This document shows positions 12,411-26,089 of a DNA stretch of 64,000 bases, one piece after another. The notes under the pieces were generated by a model. That model saw nothing but the letters and a program-made list of their open reading frames with translations. It was not told where the DNA came from and did no database searches. The stretch comes from Epiperipatus broadwayi (Eukaryota > Animalia > Onychophora): assembly GCA_028023455.1 (NCBI GenBank), contig JAQFVV010000003.1, positions 21,018,001 through 21,082,000 on the forward strand. Direction: 5' to 3'. The translations under genes and the position numbers were made by a program. Within the stretch, counting starts at the first letter, position 1, and the number at the start of each line of letters is the position of its first letter.

Positions 12411-13859
12411 TAATTTTAGAAAAATAGATTTTAGCTTTTATGATGTCCAATTAAAAACAAAATGACATCTCAAAAATCAAAGAGTGAAAATGAGATAGGT
12501 ACCAACTATAATTTAATTAAATTTTTTTTTTTAATATTTTGTATAATAAGATTGTAGAAATTTGAGAGCTAATGATTTTTGCTATTAGTTGTTGATAGAT
12601 TTGGAAGGTTGTACATATATAAAAAAAATGTATTGTTTTTTTCTCTCTCCACCCAATCCACATATTGCCTCAATATTTGTATATATCATTGTATTAGCTA
12701 TGAATATTTTCATTGGCAAAGCTTTGAAAATAATATTTAATTAAAAAATTAAAAATATTTAAGTTCCAAGTGCCAATATTTATATGTTTACATAATGAAT
12801 CTGTTTATTATAATGAGTGATGATTGAGATATCTGTTAATTTGTTTTCTTAATGATCTTTTAGACTACTCAATAAAAGATCTTATTAAAAAATGGATGAA
12901 TAGTTAGTTACTTTATATGTCTGAAAATATTATCAAAAGATTTTCTTATATATTTGTTTTTAATTTGTGCTTGTGTATCTGTGAGTGTGAAAGAAATGTG
13001 CTAGGAGAAGGAATTAATAGCTCTCTATGTACAAAAGATTGTAATACAATTATATAGCAGATCATAATATAAAATAGAGACAAATCATTGTACTTTGAAT
13101 GTTTTTGCATGTTTTTAATATTAATAAAAACTATTTTTTCCCCAAATTAGTTTTATATATATTAAATTAATTTTATTTTTGCATGAATTAGTGTATTTTA
13201 TAACTGCAACATAGTATTTGATTTTAGACAATGCTAGTATGCTAAATAAAAATATTTTGCATGTAAATAAAGATAAATTTTAAGGATAGAGTGAAATATT
13301 TTTTATACGAATCTAAAATCTGATTTTGAATTGTTAATCCCATATCGTTATATTTTTTACTAAGAGAGAAACCCAGAAAGCTCATAGAAGAAACTTTACA
13401 ATTAGATTCAATATTTTTTCTGTAAAGATTCATTGAATAGATGAGTTTTCTTTATTAAAAATTAAATAAGAATTAACAGAACTGTTCAAGAATTGGAAAA
13501 AAGGGAAGAAAACTCTTAAATAGAAAAAAACATTTAAATTATCTTTATGTGTAAGGTGTTTTTTTTTGGTTGTATTGATGAAAGGGACAAATATGCCAGA
13601 TAATTTAGCTTTTATTTCTAATAAAAGGAGATTAATGTAATTAATAAAAAACAAAGTATTTAAGAGTGACAAGTTAGCCAATGTATTAATATTTTGAGAG
13701 GTTTTTCAATGAACACATATTAAAATGTTACTTCTTTGTGTAACTGAACAGCAATAGGAGCTGCCTTCCTACTTTGACAAATTTCATATTTTAAATAAAG
13801 TAACCACATCATCCTAGATATTATATTATATTGTTAAAGCTATTAATATATGGTAATCT

Positions 13860-14065
13860 GAACTTAGTTCAGTCCCATATAGCTATTTAAGTTTGATAGG
13901 TGGATTGGAAGACCTATGGGTGTCTGAAAATTCAGATTTTCTGCTTAATAGTTATCCATTAGATAAAGTGCTGAGCTTGTCCTGGTACTTTTATTCTAAT
14001 GCTTGAATATCCTAACACCTCACTGAGGAAGCCAAAACCAGGCTGGAGTTTGGAATATTCTGCAA
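13860..14065 (+). mobile_element. Hammerhead retroposon family E copy (HHR partly deleted)
   Basis: Matches the reverse complement of 24660-24895 by eye; retains CACTGAGGA. Confidence 0.45.
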
Positions 14066-16224
14066 AGCTTGTTAAGTGCTTATATAATATAAAATCCTGG
14101 ATTTTATTTTTTATAATAATTTCTTAATTTTAAATCAGTCTCAGATTTTTCAGTAATGGTGAAAGAATGTTTTTTTAAAGAAATTATATCATGAGCACAG
14201 AATATAGCTGATCAATATAATAAATTTGTTTTTAAAGACATGTCAACATATTATGCATGATAGAAAAAGTGAAATTAGATAAATATGTTAGAAGAAATTT
14301 TGCAATAGTATGCAATCCTGGATGTATTCTTTCTGGAATGGATTTATTTTTTTGTAATATTTCAAGACTAGTAATACTACGATAGCTATTGTTAGTATCA
14401 AAATTATATGGTAAAAGTGCATCAAGGCTATGCTTTCATAGTCAGGTCTTAACATGAAAAACATATGATGCAACATATTTTCTCTAACTATTATTTTTAG
14501 TTTTTTAAAAACTGATGAAGGTACAGTTTTTCTTGATTTATGACTGATTGACCATTGAATATATCCTTTAAATCAATCATGAGCTTTAGCAAGATATTTT
14601 TTTTTTCTTTTTTTAATTGATAAATATTTAGTGAACATTAGTTTATATTTCAGCTTAAGAGCTATGATTGATTTTATTGATACAAAAATCACATGAGGTG
14701 CTTTTAAGTTTAGCATGTATTGTACCAATATCTTTTACATGTTTAACAGGCAGTTTATTGACATGAGTATAATGACTGATTATTGGTGATATAATATTAA
14801 TATAAGAAAACCATGCTTCAGTAGATTCCAAAGATGATATGTCAATTTTCCTAAAGTATATGTAAATTTTTAATATCACTGTTTTTTGTGATGACTGATT
14901 TCAAATGTAATTGTATTGAATGATTGATAGGGAATACAAGTTTTATTTGCATATTTAGTTTCAAAAAACATTTAAAAGAGAGAGTCATAAGAAAATATAA
15001 TTCAGGTGAATAAAAACAAAGATCAATTAAAGATTAATGCTTTATTATAGAAGAACAGAATATTATTAGAGAAGAATTCCTCAGGAATCATTAAATGTTT
15101 GTTAACTCATATGTAAGTATTTTTCTGATAGAGAGAGCATATGGCATATTTAAGTCACTAATTATTTGTTTTTGGATACGGATTTGTAACTAGCAATTGA
15201 GCTATTATGAAAGTTTTATTATATAAATGAAATAGTATAATATTTATTGTAAAGATGGATTAATCAGAGTAATCATAATCAGTGATGATTATCATAAATT
15301 GATGATTATCATAAATAATTTTGAATATTTGAAATAATATTTATGGTGAATTAATATTCCAACTCCAGCTGCATCCAGAACATTTGATGAAAAATGGCAG
15401 TATTCAGATTTATATAAAAATTGCTGAACGTTAATAAGTGAGATTTACAGAATATTTTGATTCTGTAGAAACCATTATATGAGGAGAAAATTCAACTATC
15501 TAATTGCTAAAATGCAAAAGTGGTTTGTATAGAGATGACTCTTCTAATGTTTATTTCTATAATACATAATAAATTCATTTATATGTGTTGTGAAATAAAA
15601 ATAAAAGAAAAAAATTGTATCTTATACAAACTATAAAATAATTATAAAATCTTTCTGTATTTCAGAATATTTGAAATAACTATAAAAGTTATGTCAACTA
15701 CACCATACGACAGTAAGATTAAACATCATATTATTTTTAAATATATATATATATACTTCCTCAAACGATTTTTTCTTCAAGTATAAAATTTAAATTAAAC
15801 ATTCAATTTAAATTGTATTAATCATTTTTATTTAAAAGTTGTTCTGGTTTTTAATATATTATGTCAAGGTTCTCTTCATAGTCTTGTTTGTTTTTTCATA
15901 GGTTGGAAATGTGTATGTATCAATTTCACTATGATAAGTTTCCATCTTTTGACTTAAAATTGTGTCACTGTTTTAGGATTGTCTAATCAATTGCAATACT
16001 ACATTTTAAATTAATCATGATTATATTTTATTCACCAAATGTATCAAGATCTTTAAAATGATGTATTATTTTTTGTTTTGTTTTTTACTTTTACTTTTTT
16101 CTTACTTTTTCTTTATTCACATAACAATATTCTTCTGAAAATGAAATATTCCTAACACTATGTATTACTACATTCCACACATATGTCATTCTAATTGGAT
16201 AAATATATCAGAATTTATATTTTT

Positions 16225-16480
16225 CTTTTGAAAGACATGCTGATCATCTTGTTTATCCACTGACTGCAGCACAAGTTCTGAGCATTGATGATTTGTATAG
16301 TTTTTAAATCCACAATGTTTACAAAATCAATCCACAAATCTTTTATAAAATGTGTTCATACCTTGCAAAAAAACCACTATGAGACTATGTTTCTGAAAGT
16401 TATTATAAATCTGTGCAGGCAAAGTAGATATATCCACTGGGTGCACTTTAAGAACTGCTAGTAAAGCTCTTTTTTAATGG
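16225..16480 (-). mobile_element. RTE-like RT remnant
   Basis: KRALLAVLKV and CGFKNYTNHQ resemble the RGISLL..K and QCGFR..RST RT motifs. Confidence 0.35.
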
Positions 16481-16518
16481 ATACTTAGTATTTCCAACTT
16501 TACTATAACCATGTAATA

Positions 16519-16932
16519 AATGAGAGAGTGCAAATCTCTCAAACGCTTATGACTACAACCAGCCAATCAAATCTTAAGCACTGGGACAGAGAATTTAATA
16601 AGAAAAAAGTGGTTCCACTCTCTTCTTTACTTGTCTTAATATATATCCAAGCCAGTCCAAAGTACTTATATTTGAAAGTGTGAATCTTAAATATCATCAC
16701 ACTTAATTCACTGAGTTCAAATTATAAACATACAGCGTGAAATCTTTCGATTCACTACGCAGTAGTTTTTCGATGTTATAAATTTGCAGCAATATATGTA
16801 AATAATATTATTTTTATAAAGCGCAGTCAATATTGAAATAAATGAGAGTGCAAATCTCTCAAGCGCTTGAGAGATTTGCACTCTCTCATTTATTTCAATA
16901 TTGACTGCGCTTTATAAAAATAATATTATTTA
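16519..16932. mobile_element. Short insertion with terminal direct repeat and spacer-less foldback (family F)
   Basis: 15-bp TSD tataaccatgtaata (16504-16518 and 16933-16947). Near-perfect palindrome about 16797-16932 centred on caagcgcttg. About 28-bp direct repeat aatgagagtgcaaatctctcaa.cgctt. Confidence 0.7.
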
Positions 16933-17939
16933 TATAACCATGTAATATTTTTTGCAAATTCTGAGAAGCAAAATTCACATGACTATTTTTATCATGCTTT
17001 TCATTTTTATCTTTTATATAATATAATTTTATCAGTTATAAAATGCATGTTTTCAAAAAGTGTTTTTTGCATAATGTTTTGAATTCCAATACTATATATC
17101 TATTGCTAGGGTAATTTTAAACATGAAAAATTATTGTGCATAACTTTTTTTCTGTTAAATAATTATAAAATTCATTAGTTGGAAAGTTCATATTTGAGGC
17201 ATTTAAATATGTAATAGTAATTAGATATATTTTTCCATTATAGAATTTGGAGAAAAACTTCAAAACAAATATAGTTGTTGAATTATTATTATTATTTTTG
17301 TAATGTTTCAATATTTCTGGGAATCAATTTTTATACTAGAATGTAGATTTGATTTATTTGAATGAAATTAACTTTTTATTTATTATTAATATTTAAAAAA
17401 ATCAATATTATTATTCTAATTTATTTTTTTGTTATAATTTTATTATTTATCTTAATAGTATTTGTATAGGATTGAGTATCTTTAATCTGAGATTTCGTAA
17501 TCTTTTTGTATAATAAATTTATTAGATGCAGGGGTTTTTCTTTTATTCCAACAACATTTTTTAAAATAGTTTATTATTTAGTTGTCTTGTTGCATATAAA
17601 TCTGCAGCATTGCAAGAGCTAGCTTTAACTTCTACAGATGTTTTATTGTTGTCAATGTTTATGACTGCAACTTTAACAATAGTATGTGATTTTTCAGTTC
17701 TAAGCAATCCGGGTCATTGTTAGAAATGGGAATTTTTTTAATTTATTTTTGAAGTATTAGACATTTAAAGTAGTCTTTTTACTAGCGCTTAATATAAAAC
17801 AAACCTAGTCTGCTATTAAATGTTTCAACATTTACTAAATGACAGTTAGTGCAGAAAATCGGATTATAAACTTTTATAGAATTATATATATTATTAAAAT
17901 GTAAAGATTAAAAGCCTAAAGCTAAACTAGTCAATAAAA

Positions 17940-18150
17940 TAATTAAAATTATCCCAAATTTATAACTCAACTAGACTAGCCAAAGAAAATAAGCTCTAAA
18001 ACACAACCAATGATTTTTACACTACAAGCAGACTTCTCAACTGACTCACTTGAGAAATCTGCTTGTAGAAATAAAACCATTGATTGTGTTTTATAGTTTG
18101 TTTTCTTTGCATAGCCTGGTTGAGTTGTGAATTTGAGGTAATTTTGATTA
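17940..18150. repeat. About 200-bp foldback, MITE-like hairpin
   Basis: Arms ...ctacaagcagacttctcaa / ttgagaaatctgcttgtag... around a 9-nt loop; imperfect pairing extends about 95 bp on each side. Confidence 0.7.
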
Positions 18151-18559
18151 TATATATATATATAGAGAGAGAGAGGGGAGGAAGGGGGACTTCATCCCTA
18201 AAGAGAGCTTATCTTATAGAATAGAATTTACCCAATCCAATAGTAAAATACAATATAACAATTCTTCAATTGCTAAAACAAAAAATCATTAATATAACTA
18301 AAATAACTATTGCCAAGTGCTTTCAACTCCTACCAGTTCTTATTAAGGCAGTTAAAAACTCCTATTTTTCCTAATCGATAAATTCAATATTTCATTGCAT
18401 TGGCCAGGAACAACTAATCGCTTGACAGTAGTTATTTTATTTATATTAGTGGTTCTCTGTTTTAGCAGTTGACAAATTGTTATATTGTATTTTATAAGTT
18501 GTACCAATCCAATAGTGTATTTTCGAATTATTACATCTAAGTAAATATTATTATAAAAA

Positions 18560-18720
18560 GTGAAATAATAGGAGCTGAAGTTCAAACCATCTTCTCCAAT
18601 CTTTAGCTTCTCTTCTCCATATCACTCCTGCAAACTTTCTTATTTCTGGGTCTTTTGCAATCTCTTGGAATCCAGTTTAAGATTTCAATTGTCTATCTAT
18701 TATCATCTCTTCTAAAATAT
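18560..18720 (-). mobile_element. RTE LINE 3'-end remnant
   Basis: DNR*TIEILNWIPRDCKRPR...WRREAKDWRRW matches the RTE C-terminal W.P....R..GRP...W pattern. Confidence 0.45.
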
Positions 18721-20100
18721 AGATTCTTAAATAGTTAAATATAGAACAGATAATAAAACATAAAAATGAAACATTTTCCCATGCATTACAATTTTTTTTT
18801 TTTTTAGAAATTAATTTTAAAATAATCTGCAAGAAATGTAAAAATAAAACTTGGAGTTTTTCATTTAAATTGATAGTTTAGTGATTACAAATTGCATGAA
18901 AATTAAAACAATGTTGAAACAGTAAAACATTTATTATGCTAGTTTCAAAATAATAATAAGCTGGGAAAATACTACATTACAGTTACTCAAATCATGGCAG
19001 TATTATCATATTTTATGGTTGACAAGAAGGCTTTGTTGATAATTTTTTAGTGGTCACTGGACATAGAATCTTTCAATAGATGAAGTTTAAGTATTAACAA
19101 TTAATTTTTTTGATAAAATCGAATTATTTTAATCTTCCATTTAATTAATAGATCATAGTTTTTTCAATATGTGTAATATTCCCTCTTTTTAAAATAAACA
19201 CAAAAAAACTTAGATCTGAATCATACATCTTTGTACTTTTGACTAACATAATTACATTTTATGGAAAATTTTGTCATTGCAGGTTTTTTTTTATATAAGT
19301 ACAGAAAATCCAACCAATATCTCAAACAGTGACTATTATACTTCTGAAAAAATTAAACCTATTATTTATGGGTCAAACATTTTAGTCAGCATTGCATTTA
19401 TGTGCTACTCTACTATAGGAACATTCTTATAGCAATAACGACTGCCATTACAGACATGAAAAAAGTGGCTATTAAAAAAAATTATCTTGTTAGATCTTTT
19501 TTTCCTTTAATAGGCAATTCAGTCATAGATGAAATAATTAATTTTAATAATAAAATATCATTTATAAATGAGGGTGAATACATAAATAAATAGCTATTTA
19601 TTTTTCAGTAGCAATTATTTAAATGTAGAATATATATGTATGTGTGTGTGTTTCATAATGGAATAATGTTATGGTTCACACTTCTATATGCCAAGCCAAT
19701 GTAGGTTCTAATTCAGACTAGTAGAAACTAAAATCTGTTTTTAATATTCATTTTCAAATAGGTAGTCTATGGTAAAACTGAAATAGCCATCCAATGTTGG
19801 TTGATAAATGAACATTTTTCTCTTCTTAGATAAAGGACAATTGGTTCAACTCTATCCATCTGGAAATTTGGGAATCTGATTAGTAATGTTTTTTTTTCTT
19901 TATGGTTTCTTTAAGAGTGACACTTGAAGAGATCATAATGAGATATTTAATGATTATTTAACTTTGTATAAATAAAATATTATACTAAAGAAACTCAAAA
20001 CTACTCTGTCTTACATTATATCTACTTTGCAAAGCAATTTTTATTCATCACTTAAACTAAAGCCTTCAAATACTGGATCTTCACACCATATTGGTAGTCC

Positions 20101-20101
20101 A

Positions 20102-20141
<40 letters not shown>

Positions 20142-20166
20142 ATGTGTGTGTGTGTGTATGTGTGTG
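20101..20166. repeat. (TA)n(TG)n compound microsatellite
   Basis: Directly visible. Confidence 0.9.
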
Positions 20167-23100
20167 TTATAAAGATATACCTATTTGTTTTTTAAATATT
20201 CTTTAACTATAACATAGATTTCTTGATAAATAACATTTACTGTTCCACCATGTTTTAAGTTGATTAGAAGTTATTCCCATTATATATGACACTGGTGTAA
20301 TGAGTGATATGCTGAACATTGGTACTTAGCTGCATGTACTACAATTGTTGATTATTATACATATGTGCTTTGCATTGCAACATTTGCTATTTACAAAGTT
20401 TTATAAAATGGATAGAAATTGCCCCAACCTTTGAATAATGAATTGTAGATGAGTTATAACAAAATTGAAAATCGCATTTCTTAAATATGTTCTACTTTTA
20501 GGTAGTAGGGGTTCAAACTCAGTAGATAGGAGCTTATAAAAATATATTAGATTGAACTTATTGTAAGATGAATTAAATATAAAGTGATACAATAAATCAT
20601 GTAAAATATAGTACTAATTTTAATTTATTATATTTAGTAGATACCATAATGATAGAATAGTTTAATTATAGTAACAAATATTTTATATTATATGTTTAAG
20701 ATAATTATTTTGTTTAAAATATTATTTAAAATGATAAATGAATTTAATATTATTTTAAATGTGCTAAAAGTATCACATGATTAGGTGATTGTGTTAATAG
20801 GTGTGCTTTCAGAAAGTTAGGAAAAGAAAACATTTGTTTTAACTTATTAATAAAATTTGATGCATAATAAAGTGTAGCAAATATTCAGTTTAGAGATAAT
20901 GTTGGAAAAATAATAATTAAAATTATTATTATTATATTTAGGTGTAATACTTTATTTTAAGTCAATTTTAGGTTATTAAAATATTAAAAATTGTTTTAAC
21001 AAGAATATTTAATTTTTTTAGATAAAAATATTTGATATTTAAGGTATTAAGTAATTTTGATCTTTAATATTATGACTCATAGTTTTATAACTTAATTTTA
21101 AAAATCGTATTGATGTATTTATGTAAATTAGAAGATTTGTACAAGTAGTATTGACCAATGATATCATTGGATTAAGACTAGTATAAAAGAGAGGTTGCAA
21201 CCAATCTAGACAGATTTTACACTTTTTCAGTAGTTCTTAGTGATTTACAGATTTGGATTGAGATAGATTTAGTTTTGAAATTTATAGTTATATATTTTTT
21301 TATATTGTGACAGTAGTAATTTCTTTTAAATTATTATTATTTTTCTTGCAAGTGTTTTGAAAAATATAATTGAAATAACTACTTAAATAATGAATCACTA
21401 AACATCAAATTTCCTCTCAGTTTGTCTACTTGAAACTTAATTTAGGACTTCAATAATTCTATGGAACATGATAGTGGCTAATTAATTATTGTGGAAATGA
21501 ATACCAAATATCAAGAAAATTACTGCAACAAAACTGAAGAGGATTTACATAAGAACTTTGTAATTTTTAGAAATAGTATGTTTGGAATGAGTGTCCATTT
21601 ATCTGAAATGACCTTATCACATTGCAACACAGCTAATTCATTAAAATTATTTAAGAGTAACTGGATATTCACTAAAAATCTTATTTGTAATATTAAATTT
21701 GAAAGAAAAAGAAGAAAATTAAAACTCTGCAACTATGTTTTAAAACTGAACTTAAAATATCTTATGATATGATGAATGTCTGTTTTTAGTATATAATTGT
21801 TAGTAATAATCCACATTTGATTTTTCTTTAAAAAAATCAAAATGAACTTATGCTTTAAGAATGATGGATTTAAAGACAAATTAAAAAAGATGACCTTTGA
21901 ATGTCTTTTACACTTTTAAAAAGAATTGCTATTAAATAAATCAATAGCAAAAATTATATTTTAACATAATTTATCTGGAAATGAAAAATATCCAGTGATA
22001 GGATATATGTTTCAAAGGATTAAAAAAAATCATTTTTTAAAGAAAGAAATATTTATTTTAAATCACAACTCTATGTCTTCTGATGAATGTATTAAATAAA
22101 TAATTTATATTACATAATGTTTGCTATTAATATTTGTGACTGATGGAAAATACAAATATTGCTTACGTTGTATTTACTGCAATCTATCTACTCTACACAA
22201 TGACTGAAAACATATGTAAGCAAATATTTTCACAAAATGGATTCTGAATTATTATTCCATGAAGATATTAAATTCCTGGATAAAATTTTCAGAAAAGACT
22301 GAAATAAATATTTTATCTTACAGGATACTAGTATTTTCCCTGGATTCTGTTGGATTTTTTGGGGGATTTTATCGTTATTATTTGTACATTTCTTTATATG
22401 GTGCCAAGATAAAAATATAATATTGCACAATGTGTTCCACTATAACCAGGCAATGGTGCAATATTCCACACAGTGATTCAACTTATGAGCAGGAGGGAAA
22501 AGTTTTTTCATAACTTTAAACTTTATTATTATGATTATTTTTTTTTTAGTATTAAGTTTAACATTAGTATTTAAAAGATTACAATTATTTATTTTAAAAC
22601 TAACTTGTTATCATATTTTAAATTTAATTTTAAAATAGACTAACTTTATTATTATGTTTAAAAAATCAAATAGGTATTTAGAAAGTAATTTTCTGAACAA
22701 GGCAAATTTCAATTGTAATTGGGTTTTTTTAATGGATGTTTTTAAAAAGGTGATTGACGTAAATGATCTAGCAATATAATGAGATCATTGGTATCTTTAT
22801 TATTGTTATTTAGATTACATTTTCCTTAATAATTTTGTTTATTTTATTTTATTTAAGAAAAGATGTATCCTAAATAATATTTTAAGCTTAATATTTCACA
22901 TTGCTTGAATTTAATATGTAAAAGTGGAATGAACCACTTATAAAATTATTGTGTGTAAATTTATGAAAGAATTGATAAGAGCTGACAAATGTTTGAAAAC
23001 ATCTAAGGATATTTTAAGTATTTATTTTAATGTGAATGCTTGAATGTGTGTATATTATATAACATCGTTAAATTATTAATATGTTATTTTATGAATGTTA

Positions 23101-24659
23101 TCTGTTGAAATACAGAAAAAAACATAAAATTGTTCTCTAAATTATATTATAATAAATAAATAAAATGATAGTACTGATGTTGTTTATCAAGATCATTTGT
23201 ACATGAAAACTTTTAAAAAACATCTTTAAATTAATTTAGATCTTTGTTGTTTTTTTAATATTCTGTTTTGGAAGTTATTTTAGAATGCTGTTTGTATATT
23301 TTATGATAGTGTAGGAGATATAGGATGGTGATCGGGAGATTAATATTTATATGAAATCCTAGGTGTTAGGATATGTTGAAAAGAGTTGTGTGTGAATTAT
23401 ATTTCTATATTTTAAAGTTATTAAAATATACAGATAACATAGGGCTGTATATCTCTTTCCATGTACTGTTGCATTTACTTAATGTCAATAAGTGCTATAA
23501 TAGAGAATGACTTGAATCTTAGGTGCCTGATGAGTATGGACCTATTATTTATTATGATTTTCATTGTATCCATGATGATATTATCTTACTCTTTTGAAAC
23601 ATTATTGTTATTATTCCATACCCTACACTTTAATTGCTATATATCACCACAGGAATAATCATAGAAGATAATTTTATAAATTGACAAAGTAATGACTAAA
23701 CTGTTTGAAGTAGATAATTTTGTGAGAGGGTAAGATGTAGTATATAGAGATTTCTTTTCCAAATGGTATTGAGATGTTTGATGATTGTCATAGTATATAC
23801 TATAAGAGAAGAAGAATTAATACCCATACAAATATTAGAGACTACTTAGCTTAAACAGATGCATATCCAAATAAAATGAAAGTGAGAATAGTGAAAATAA
23901 TTGTGAATAATATAATGAATGTAAAAGTATAAAAAACAAAAAGTAATACAAATGTCAAACAATATAACTTATGGATAGTTCTTAAAAAAATTTATTATAG
24001 ATAATTCAAACCCATTTCATTTACAAAAGGTTATAAAATTACTTCTTAAATATTTTTGCATAATAATTATTATTATTATTTTTTTTTTTGCATAGAGAGA
24101 AATATTTATATTTTTTATTTAAAATTTTCTGATATTCAAATATCAGGATATTTTGCTAAATTGCAAAGAAAGTCTTTACTAATTTTTCTTTTAATATTTT
24201 ATTTGTTAGACTTTATTAAGAGATATATTTTAAAATATAAACATATATTGATGCATTTACATTATAATAAATATATTTTATAGTAGAATAAGTATATTAT
24301 TAAGTTGTTGTTTTTTAGAAATTGGGAAATTTATTGTAACTCTTCCCAATACAAATGATGGAATACTATTTTACTGAATGAAGATTATATATTATCTTGA
24401 TTGTTGTAAGTTTCATTTTATTTTATTTTGAAATAGCTGGAATGAAGGCTATTTTTATTTTCTTGTATTTATTGCTAAGATTTATTGTAAATTTTTTTTA
24501 TGTTAAATAATGTTAATTCTTATTTTATCTTTGTAAATAATCAAAAAAGCAAGTCATATATAACATGACATTACTTTTATAAGCTTGTATTTACAAAAAT
24601 GCAATACAGAGAGCATACCAATAGCTCAAACAAGCTCTTAATTAATAAGGATGGTATGA

Positions 24660-24895
24660 GAAAATATTTAAAATCTCTATCCAGAACACTCCCATCTCCA
24701 GACCAACTGGTTTCAAGATTAAGGCTCACGTCAGTGGAGAGCTAGAATATTCAGATACTAGATCTAAAATATCAACTCAAAACCCAGCATTTATTTCTTA
24801 TGTAATATTTAAGTAGAAACTCTGAAATTTTTGGACATGAAAATGTCTTTAAATCCAGCTATTTAACTTAAATAGTTATATGGGACTTTTGTAAA
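24660..24895 (-). mobile_element. Hammerhead retroposon family E copy
   Basis: Shares agtcccatata.ctattta..., the ctgaaa.ttcaga segment and the HHR flanks with 13860-14065. Confidence 0.5.
24695..24740 (-). ncRNA. Near-intact minimal type I hammerhead (GUC site)
   Basis: TCTCCA CTGACGT GAG CCTTAAT CTT GAAA CCAGTTGG TC TGGAGA. Confidence 0.6.
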
Positions 24896-26089
24896 TATAT
24901 TTTTTATATTATGTTATAAATTTATTGTTAATTTGTAAATAAATTTCTTAACTTTTTTTTTTAACTTCTTAGTCATGTTATGATTTATCTGCATGTTACT
25001 TATTTGGTTTTTTATTCTACATGCATGATCCACAGAAATTAATAATTTAAAATATTACTTATTTGAACATGATGCTTAAGATTATTTAAATATTATTTCT
25101 ATTATATTTGATTAAGTAACCAGGTATATTACTATTATTATTATCATCATAGAAGATATGATCATTAGTAACTATTTTTAAATTGATACAACACCAAGGA
25201 GAGGTATACTTGAAATTGCCACAATATTAAAATACATTATATTTTTTTTGGAATGCTACATTAAACAAAGAAAGATTGTACAATGTTTACTTAAAATTTT
25301 TATTATTATTATTATTAAATTTTAATTATTAAGTAGATTTAATATTGAGAGTCATTAAGTTATTTGAGTTGCTTATTGTTATATTTATTTTGTAAGAGTA
25401 GTTAGATATCATGTAAAATCCCTCATCATATTTAACAACAGGGTGTTAATTAATTTATTTATTTTGTTGTTAGTTTGTTAGAAATTAACCAGAGATTATT
25501 ATGATTATTATTTTGGAGAATTATAAAATTTTCTATTGAAAGATGATTAATAAAAAGTTATTAGTTAATGTTCAACACCTAATTAGTATTTTTATTAAAG
25601 GAATCATTTCTGTAATAATTTTATAAATTTTATTTAGGATTATTAAATGTGTGTTTGTAAAGACATGAGAATATTACATAGTATTTTTGTTATGTGAATT
25701 TGGCGAAGTAATATTCTTATGCCATTGGGAATGTATCTTTTGGGATGTATTGTCAATGTTTAAGCCAGTGCACCTTACTGAACGTCTCATGTTAAGAGTT
25801 TCATAATTTTATTTATTATTTTGATAGAACCATGTTTATTTATAATCTTGAGCAAGTTTTTATAAGTTAAATTTATTATTGAAATGAATCGAATATTATA
25901 GTTGGAACCCTGTTATTTATGCTGAATATAAGTGTTATGATATCTTATTCTAATAAGTTTTCTTTTATTTAATTGCTAAAAAATTGTTTTATTAGATACT
26001 ATATCTTAGTAATATATCTTGACCTAATCAAAACAATATTATTTTAATAGTCATTGTTTATGTAACTTAATTGTAATACATTATTGTTA

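Noticed and set aside
14288-14476. Minus-strand ORF with a transmembrane-like stretch as a terminal exon (acceptor at 14448)
   Set aside because: No upstream partner exons or recognisable homology; hydrophobic ORFs are expected by chance at this AT content.
19283-19380. KPIFMG as the start of a glycerophosphodiesterase GHRG motif
   Set aside because: No downstream exon encoding HRG or the rest of the GDPD domain was found.
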